64,000 nucleotides of DNA from Elusimicrobiota bacterium (lineage in GTDB: Bacteria; Elusimicrobiota; Endomicrobiia; Endomicrobiales; JBDRNC01). Of this stretch, positions 57,862-64,000 are shown piece after piece. The stretch spans positions 64,001 through 128,000 of the forward strand of contig JBDRNC010000039.1 in assembly GCA_043811535.1 (NCBI GenBank). The letters run 5' to 3'. Both the position numbers and the translations under genes were made by a program. Every line of letters starts with the position of its first letter. The stretch's first letter is position 1. The notes under the pieces are model-generated. The model saw only the letters and a list, made by a program, of their open reading frames with translations, was not told the DNA's origin and did not search any database.

Positions 57862-58793
57862 TTTGCCATTAGGGCGGCACCGACGACTCCGAGTTTCTGT
57901 GTGTATTTTGATATGACTATCCTGCAGGCCTTGGCCGGCGTTTCATAGGCCCGCGCGAGAATCGCCTTTTTCAGCGGTTTTATCAGCAAATCGCCGGCAC
58001 GGCTTACTCCTCCGGCGAGAACTATCATCTCCGGGTTCAAAAGATTGATTACAGACGCCAATACTATCCCCAGCCGTTCGCCCGCTGTTTCCCATATCTT
58101 TTTGGCATGCCTGTCGCCGAGTATCGCGGCCTGCTCCAGAATTTCCGGTGTAATTTTGTTCAGGTCTCCGTTTACTAATTTCTTGATTATCCTGCTTTTC
58201 CCTTTTATAACGGCTTCCCTTCCCTGCTCGCTCAACCGCGGCGCGCCGATATACCTTTCAATACAGCCATGGCTCCCGCAGTTGCATTTCGGGCCGTGCG
58301 GATTTATGGTGACATGGCCTATCTCTCCCGCGGAACCGGTAGCTCCGATATATAGTTTCCCGTCGCAAATAAGGCCTCCGCCGACGCCTGTGCCCAGGGT
58401 TACGCAAAGCATGTTCCTTGCCTTCCCTTTTGATTCAAGCCAGTACGCGCCGAGCGCGGCAACATTGGCGTCGTTGTCTATCCTGATTCTTTTTTTCAAG
58501 GACTTCGCGAGCATGTCCCTGAACATTACGTTTTTCCATCCAAGGTTGGGCGAAAACCTTACAACGCCTGTTTTCTGGTCGATATCTCCGGCGGCTCCTA
58601 TGCCGATTCCTTTGGTTCTTGAATAATGCTTCAATTTTTTGACATGATGGCTTATCTGCTGAGCTATCTTTTTCGGGTCACATGGGCTGGAACTTGGGAA
58701 ACCCGAGTGTTCTATTATTGTACCTTTCTCGTCAACAACGGCGATTTTTACGCCAGTCCCGCCAAGATCAATTCCGACATAGAAGTTTTTCAT
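57858..58793 (-). CDS. glk: ROK-family glucokinase
   Basis: GIDLGGT, NDAN.AA, TLGTGVGGG, GEIGH, CNCGSHGCIE. Confidence 0.9.
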   Translation of the reverse strand: MKNFYVGIDLGGTGVKIAVVDEKGTIIEHSGFPSSSPCDPKKIAQQISHHVKKLKHYSRTKGIGIGAAGDIDQKTGVVRFSPNLGWKNVMFRDMLAKSLKKRIRIDNDANVAALGAYWLESKGKARNMLCVTLGTGVGGGLICDGKLYIGATGSAGEIGHVTINPHGPKCNCGSHGCIERYIGAPRLSEQGREAVIKGKSRIIKKLVNGDLNKITPEILEQAAILGDRHAKKIWETAGERLGIVLASVINLLNPEMIVLAGGVSRAGDLLIKPLKKAILARAYETPAKACRIVISKYTQKLGVVGAALMAK

Positions 58794-58815
58794 GAATATA
58801 GTCCTTTCGATTAGG

Positions 58816-60090
58816 TTAATATGGTGTTGGTTTAATCTTTCTTAATATTTCGCCGGCCAGATACAGCGATCCAACGACAGCGACAGTGTTTTCCCGGGCG
58901 GCTTCAAGCGCCGCTGAAGCTGATTCTGCGGTTGAAACGCTGCCAGCCGGCAAATATTTTTTCCAGATGCCGCTTAAGACGCCTACCGGAGCGTTTCTCG
59001 GAGAATCTACGGGGCAGATTATCACTTTATCGGTCGCTTCCGAAAGGATTTTAATGGCTTTACCGTAATCCTTATCCTTTAGCATCCCGAAAATAAACAC
59101 TGACGGTTTTTTCGCCCACGGGCTTGAGCGCCACGCGCCGGCAAACCTGCGGATCGCGCCGGGATTATGAGCCCCGTCAACAACGTAAGTCCTGTTTCCG
59201 CGTGTAATGACCTCGAACCGACCCGCCCAGCGCACGTTTTTCATGGCGCTGATAATATGAGAGTTCAGTATCTTGAAACCCCTTTGCCTGAGGAGTTCGC
59301 ATGCCGCTAGGGACAGAGAGCAATTCTTGAGCTGGTGGACGCCGAGCAGCCGGACAGACAGCTTCAAGAAAAATTTTATACCGTTATATCTGAAAAGCTG
59401 GTTTCCATTAACCCAGTCAGTCTTTATAGGGGTAAAATCAAAATCCCTGTAAATACGAAATTCGGCCGACTTACGTTTCCGTGCAACGGAAGATATTACT
59501 TTGGCCGCCTGGCTGTTTTCCGCTCCGGAAATCACGGGACAGCCCTTTTTGATTATGCCGGCTTTTTCAAAAGCTATCCTGCTTATCGTATTCCCAAGAA
59601 CGGCTTTATGGTCGAGGTCTATGTCCGTTATTATGCACGCGAGAGGGTTTTTTAAAGTGTTCGTGGCGTCGAAGCGCCCGCCCAAACCCGTTTCAATTAC
59701 GGCTATATCTATCTTTTCCTGCGCGAAATATATGAAAGCAATGCCCGTCATGAACTCAAAAAATGTCAGCCCGCAGTCTTCCGCCTTGCGGGAATATATC
59801 CTGACGAGCCGGCTAAGCTTATTTCTTTTTATTGGCTCGGAATTTATCTGAATTCTTTCCGTAATGTCGTAAATGTTAGGAGAAATGAACAGTCCCGCGC
59901 GGTATCCCGCTTCGGCGAGGATGTCCGAGAGCATTTTAGCCGTAGAGCCCTTGCCGTTCGTTCCGGCTATGTGTACCGCAGAGAATCTCTTATGGGGTTC
60001 CCCGCAGATCTTCAGGAACCTGTGTATCCTTGCGAGGCCGGGTTTCATGCCCGTATATTCCCGTTTCTGCCAAAGATCAAGGTCTTTCAT
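58816..60090 (-). CDS. folC: Folylpolyglutamate/dihydrofolate synthase
   Basis: HIAGTNGKGST, ERI, TFFE, ETGLGGRFDATN, DH, EKAGIIK, DGAHNP, GSLYL. Confidence 0.96.
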   Translation of the reverse strand: MKDLDLWQKREYTGMKPGLARIHRFLKICGEPHKRFSAVHIAGTNGKGSTAKMLSDILAEAGYRAGLFISPNIYDITERIQINSEPIKRNKLSRLVRIYSRKAEDCGLTFFEFMTGIAFIYFAQEKIDIAVIETGLGGRFDATNTLKNPLACIITDIDLDHKAVLGNTISRIAFEKAGIIKKGCPVISGAENSQAAKVISSVARKRKSAEFRIYRDFDFTPIKTDWVNGNQLFRYNGIKFFLKLSVRLLGVHQLKNCSLSLAACELLRQRGFKILNSHIISAMKNVRWAGRFEVITRGNRTYVVDGAHNPGAIRRFAGAWRSSPWAKKPSVFIFGMLKDKDYGKAIKILSEATDKVIICPVDSPRNAPVGVLSGIWKKYLPAGSVSTAESASAALEAARENTVAVVGSLYLAGEILRKIKPTPY

Positions 60091-60161
60091 TTTCAGCCCG
60101 CCTTCGCTGTATTGATGGTTGAAGTTTATAAATTTTCAGAACGTTATAGCTTCGGTGCACA

Positions 60162-60197
60162 GTCCTCCGTAGTCCCGTTCAGGGACGAAGGACGGAG
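60162..60197. repeat. REP-like imperfect palindrome
   Basis: CTCCGT..GTCCC-GTTCA-GGGAC..ACGGAG nested stems in the accD-folC gap. Confidence 0.5.
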
Positions 60198-60228
60198 TTT
60201 TCAGTTTGCCGTAAACGTCATATTTAAA

Positions 60229-60246
60229 TGCCGGATAAATCCGGCA
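60229..60246 (-). terminator. Hairpin just downstream of accD (possible terminator or REP)
   Basis: TGCCGGAT-AA-ATCCGGCA perfect 8-bp inverted repeat, followed on the minus strand by TTTAAAT (weak U-tract). Confidence 0.4.
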
Positions 60247-60251
60247 GAACT

Positions 60252-61064
60252 TCAATTTTTAGGGTCGAAGAAATCAAGCACTCTGACAAGAGTGTTCTTC
60301 AGGTCTTTCCTTTCGGCTATAATATCTATCATTCCGTGCTGGAGCACGAATTCCGAAAGCTGGAATCCTTCGGGAAGCTGTTGTCGAATTGTCTGTTCGA
60401 TGACGCGCGGGCCGGCGAAGCCAACGAGCGCCTTGGGTTCCGCGATTATTACGTCGCCGAGCATCGCGAAAGAAGCGGCCACGCCGCCAGTGGTAGGGTC
60501 CGTCAGCACGGAGATGTAGGGGATGTTATGCTCGGCAAGTATCGCGAGGACCGCGCTTGTTTTGGCCATCTGCATGAGGGAGATTATGCCTTCCTGCATC
60601 CTGGCGCCTCCGGATGAGGAAATGATGATGAAAGGAATTTTTTTCTTTAGCGAAATCTCGGCTGCCCGGACTATCTTCTCGCCCACGACCGCTCCCATGC
60701 TCCCGCCCATGAACCCGAAATCCATGACTGCAAGCACCGTCTTGTGCTTTCCGATATCCCCCTCGCCTATGACCACCGCTTCGGGCAAAACAGCGGCCTG
60801 TATCCTTTTTTCGTAATCGGGGAACTTGAGCGGGTCCGTAGGAGACATGCTGCGGTCACATTCCTTGAAAGACTGGTGTTCCGTGAGCTGTTTTATCCGT
60901 TCGTGGGCGCTCAATCTGAAATAAAAGCCGCATTTGGGGCATACTTTAAGGTTTTCGTGAAGCTCCTTGTTGTAAATGATCTGTTCGCATTTTTTACATT
61001 TTGTCCAGACGCCGTGCGGTATTTCCTTTTTTTGTGAAGTTTTCGAATGCTGTTGCTGCATCAT
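60252..61064 (-). CDS. accD: Acetyl-CoA carboxylase carboxyltransferase beta subunit
   Basis: WTKCKKC...VCPKC Zn finger, FMGGSMG, SGGARMQEG, PTTGGV.ASFA, GFAGPRVI. Confidence 0.97.
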   Translation of the reverse strand: MMQQQHSKTSQKKEIPHGVWTKCKKCEQIIYNKELHENLKVCPKCGFYFRLSAHERIKQLTEHQSFKECDRSMSPTDPLKFPDYEKRIQAAVLPEAVVIGEGDIGKHKTVLAVMDFGFMGGSMGAVVGEKIVRAAEISLKKKIPFIIISSSGGARMQEGIISLMQMAKTSAVLAILAEHNIPYISVLTDPTTGGVAASFAMLGDVIIAEPKALVGFAGPRVIEQTIRQQLPEGFQLSEFVLQHGMIDIIAERKDLKNTLVRVLDFFDPKN

Positions 61065-61077
61065 GATTCCTCCCGGA

Positions 61078-61872
61078 TCAAACAAGAGCGCATTTAAGCG
61101 ATCTTACGAACTCCGACAGTTTTTTTGTTCTCTTGTCGGCACTGCGGTATTTTGTCAGGATATCGATGACGGCGGAGCCTACAATGACACCGTCGACGTA
61201 TTTTTTAAGCGAGCGCACCTGTTCGGCCCTGGATATGCCGAAACCGATGTATCTCGGTTTCCGGATATTGCTTTTTGTCCTAGCAAGAAATGTAATTAAG
61301 TCCTTAGGCAGGTTTTTTCTTCCTCCCGTAACGCCTGTTAGCGAAACAATGTAGACAAAAGGATCCGAATAACGCGCGATGCTCTTTAACCGCCCTGCGG
61401 GCGTGTTCGGCGCGGCAAGGAATATGAGCGAGACACCGTGTTTCTTGAAGATCTTACGCAGCTCGTCGCTTTCTTCCGGTATCAGGTCCGGAACAATGAA
61501 CCCGTCAACGCCGCTCCGGCCCGCCAGTTCCGCAGTCCTTTCAATCCCGTTGCGCATAAGCGGGTTGAGATACCCCATCAGTATTACCGGCGTGTCGCAG
61601 TTCCTGCGTATCTTTTTGACTAATTGAAATATCTTGTCAAGGCTCATTCCATTCTTGAGGGCCTGATCGGACGAGCGCTGGATGGTAGGGCCGTCGGCTA
61701 TAGGGTCCGAGAACGGAATACCCAGCTCCACTATATCGGCGCCTGAATCCACGAGCGTCCTGAAAATGCCTTCAGTGGCCCCCGCGGATGGATATCCCGC
61801 GGTGATATAGGTTATCAGGGCTTTCTTTTTCTGCTTTTTCAGGGATAATACTTTTTTTTCAAGTCTGTTCAT
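61078..61872 (-). CDS. trpA: Tryptophan synthase alpha chain
   Basis: ELGIPFSDPIADGPTIQ, MGYLNP, PDL, GVTG, GFGIS, DGVIVGSA. Confidence 0.97.
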   Translation of the reverse strand: MNRLEKKVLSLKKQKKKALITYITAGYPSAGATEGIFRTLVDSGADIVELGIPFSDPIADGPTIQRSSDQALKNGMSLDKIFQLVKKIRRNCDTPVILMGYLNPLMRNGIERTAELAGRSGVDGFIVPDLIPEESDELRKIFKKHGVSLIFLAAPNTPAGRLKSIARYSDPFVYIVSLTGVTGGRKNLPKDLITFLARTKSNIRKPRYIGFGISRAEQVRSLKKYVDGVIVGSAVIDILTKYRSADKRTKKLSEFVRSLKCALV

Positions 61873-61899
61873 TTGTTTTTTGAAGCTGTTTGTCTTTTA

Positions 61900-61930
61900 T
61901 TTCGAATTTCGAGTTTCGAATTTAGGATTT
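61900..61930. repeat. Heptamer tandem repeat (TTTCGAR-type)
   Basis: TTTCGAA TTTCGAG TTTCGAA TTTAGGA TTT. Confidence 0.7.
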
Positions 61931-61966
61931 AATATAACAAACGCTAATTAGATATTTGCTAAGCAT

Positions 61967-63115
61967 TTATAACTTCATTACTGTGCGCATTGTGTCTATA
62001 TCTTTATCGCCGCGGCCCGATAGGCAAACCACTATGATATTGTTTTTCGGAAGTTTCGGGGCGAGTTTGGGCAGGTGCGCGAACGCGTGGGCCGATTCGA
62101 GCGCGGGTATTATCCCTTCAACGCAGGATAATGTATTAAAGGCGTCAACTGCCTGCTTGTCCGTTACCGCGTAATAGCGCGCGCGGCCCGACTGCCTGTA
62201 AAAACTGTGTTCCGGCCCGACTCCCGGATAATCGAGACCCGCCGAAATGGAATGCGTGCCAGAAATCTGGCCGTCTTTATCCTGCAGTACGTATGTTTTC
62301 ATGCCGTGCAGGACTCCGATCTTTCCCTTGCACAACGTAGCAGCTCCTGCTGCTTCAAGTCCTATGAATTTAACCTTTTTATCCTTATAAAAAGCGCTGA
62401 AAAGCCCCAGCGAGTTGCTTCCCCCGCCTACGCAGGCGAGAAGGTAATCCGGAAGGCGGCCCTCGGCGGCCAGTATCTGCGACCTTGTTTCTTTCCCCAC
62501 CACGGACTGGAACTGCCTTACCATCAGAGGGTACGGATAGGGGCCCATCACCGAGCCGATAACGTAAAACGTGGTGCCGACGTTCGACACCCAGTCGCGC
62601 ATCGCCTCGTTTATGGCGTCTTTAAGCGTCCTGCTTCCCGACTTAACGGGTATGACCCTGGCGCCCATCAATTCCATCCTGAAAACGTTGAGCGCCTGCC
62701 TGCGGATGTCTTCTTCGCCCATGAATACATCGCACTTAAGGCCGAAGAGTGCCGCGGCGGTGGCTGTCGCGACCCCGTGCTGGCCCGCGCCAGTCTCAGC
62801 AATGACTCTTTTTTTGCCGAGTTTTTTCGCGAGCAGGACCTGACCGAGGGTATTGTTTAGTTTGTGGGAACCAGTATGGCAGAGGTCCTCGCGCTTGATA
62901 TATATCTTCGCGCCGCCGAATTTACGCGTGAGCCCTTCGGCAAAATACAGGGGCGTGGGCCGGCCGGCATAGACTTTAAGATAATAATCGAGCTCGGCGC
63001 GGAACTTCCTGTCCTTCCAAGCTGACAGGAAAGCCCTCTCCAATTCCCTGATGGGAGTCACCAGTGTTTCAGGAATGAACTGTCCGCCGAAACCGCCGAA
63101 ATATCCTTTTTTCAT
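61967..63115 (-). CDS. trpB: Tryptophan synthase beta chain
   Basis: [50 protein letters not shown]. Confidence 0.98.
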   Translation of the reverse strand: MKKGYFGGFGGQFIPETLVTPIRELERAFLSAWKDRKFRAELDYYLKVYAGRPTPLYFAEGLTRKFGGAKIYIKREDLCHTGSHKLNNTLGQVLLAKKLGKKRVIAETGAGQHGVATATAAALFGLKCDVFMGEEDIRRQALNVFRMELMGARVIPVKSGSRTLKDAINEAMRDWVSNVGTTFYVIGSVMGPYPYPLMVRQFQSVVGKETRSQILAAEGRLPDYLLACVGGGSNSLGLFSAFYKDKKVKFIGLEAAGAATLCKGKIGVLHGMKTYVLQDKDGQISGTHSISAGLDYPGVGPEHSFYRQSGRARYYAVTDKQAVDAFNTLSCVEGIIPALESAHAFAHLPKLAPKLPKNNIIVVCLSGRGDKDIDTMRTVMKL

Positions 63116-63130
63116 AATGTTCTTTGATTC

Positions 63131-63158
63131 CTATTCGCTATTCTCTATTCCCTGTTTT
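63131..63158. repeat. Heptamer tandem repeat (CTATTCN-type)
   Basis: CTATTCG CTATTCT CTATTCC CTGTTTT. Confidence 0.65.
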
Positions 63159-64000
63159 TTAAATTCCCTCAGCCAGCAGGTCCCGTTCGTCCAGAATGCC
63201 TACCGGCTTTGAGTTCTTATTTACCACAGGAATATTGTCGAAATTATGCTTCTTAAGTATTTTCGCAGCTTCGACGGCAAGCGTGTCGGGCCCTATCGTA
63301 AGAGGCGACCTTGTCATAACTGAAGAGATTTTTCGCTGGAGAAGCTTTTTGTCGGTCTGCAGTTTGCGGCGCAGGTCGCCGTCAGTGAAGAAACCGACGA
63401 ATCTGCCGGCTTTATTGGTCACGCTTGTAGCGCCTAGCCGTGTCCGTGTCATTACGAGCAGCGCTTCGTTGACGGTATGGTTCTCGGTTATGAGCGGATT
63501 ATTTTTCCCGGTTCTCATGATATCTTTAACCTTGGTTGTCAATTTCTTCCCGATCCCGCCTCCGGGGTGGAATCTTTCAAGGTGCTCCTTCCTGAACCCT
63601 TTCTTTTCCGCCGCGCAAAGAGCCAGCGCGTCGCCCATTGCGAGCATAGCGGTTGTGGAAGCCGTGGGGGCGAGGTTATACGAACAGGCCTCCTTTTCCA
63701 CGCGGCTGTTTATTATGGAGTCGGCCTGTTTCCAGATCTTCGCCGAAGGATGTCCGGTTATAACCACTATTTTCGCGCCCATGTTCCTGAATACGGGGAC
63801 AACCTTTTTAATCTCGTCCGATTCGCCGGTGTATGAAAGCGCGAGGATAACATCGTCTGGCATCAGCATGCCTATGTCTCCGTGAAGGCATTCAGCGGGA
63901 TGCAGAAACAGCGCCGGTATCCCGACCGAAGACATCGTGGCGGCTATCTTCCTTCCGATGAGCCCGGATTTGCCGATACCCACCACGGCAACTCTTCCGG
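63159..64000 (-). CDS. kdsD: KpsF/GutQ arabinose-5-phosphate isomerase (SIS + CBS); 5' end truncated by the window edge
   Basis: GIGKSG..G.K, HP....HGD.G, APTAST, GDALA, FHPGG..G, CBS pair with TDGDLRR. Confidence 0.95.
   Translation of the reverse strand, partial: GRVAVVGIGKSGLIGRKIAATMSSVGIPALFLHPAECLHGDIGMLMPDDVILALSYTGESDEIKKVVPVFRNMGAKIVVITGHPSAKIWKQADSIINSRVEKEACSYNLAPTASTTAMLAMGDALALCAAEKKGFRKEHLERFHPGGGIGKKLTTKVKDIMRTGKNNPLITENHTVNEALLVMTRTRLGATSVTNKAGRFVGFFTDGDLRRKLQTDKKLLQRKISSVMTRSPLTIGPDTLAVEAAKILKKHNFDNIPVVNKNSKPVGILDERDLLAEGI

Noticed and set aside
62207..63885. 217-aa and 229-aa plus-strand ORFs
   Set aside because: Antisense to the highly conserved trpB and kdsD genes.

Overview
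This window comes from a diderm bacterium (LptD-like and KdsD genes are present). Every credible gene is on the minus strand. The right ~8 kb is housekeeping: kdsD (partial), trpB, trpA, accD, folC, a ROK glucokinase and an LptD-like gene. From ~55.6 kb to the left edge lies one very large (>55 kb, truncated at position 1) surface-glycan biosynthesis and tailoring locus of about 48 genes. It begins with Wzz and nucleotide-sugar supply genes (Gmd/Rmd-like SDR, rmlA long form, rmlC, WbpP-like epimerase, rmlB, rmlD, ugd, uxs). It then breaks into repeated modules. (i) Two GT2 polyprenyl-phosphate glycosyltransferase plus GT-C (ArnT/PMT-like) modules each carry a pair of B12-binding radical SAM enzymes. 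(ii) A pseudaminic-acid module (pseB/C/G/I and a CMP-synthetase) lacks pseH but has an ATP-grasp ligase, a phosphoesterase, a methyltransferase and a fifth B12 radical SAM. (iii) Two modules have the form cytidylyltransferase + radical SAM/SPASM + PLP aminotransferase + two methyltransferases + orphan transferase, and one of them includes a short NeuB. In the middle, a winged-helix regulator has a near-consensus sigma70 promoter overlapped by tandem palindromic operator-like sites, followed by a duplicated 58-bp hairpin leader. Totals: 7 radical SAM enzymes, 6 class I methyltransferases, 4 aminotransferases, 3 cytidylyltransferases and 2 NeuB-family synthases. Product calls come from motif recognition only, and the pathway proposals are inference.
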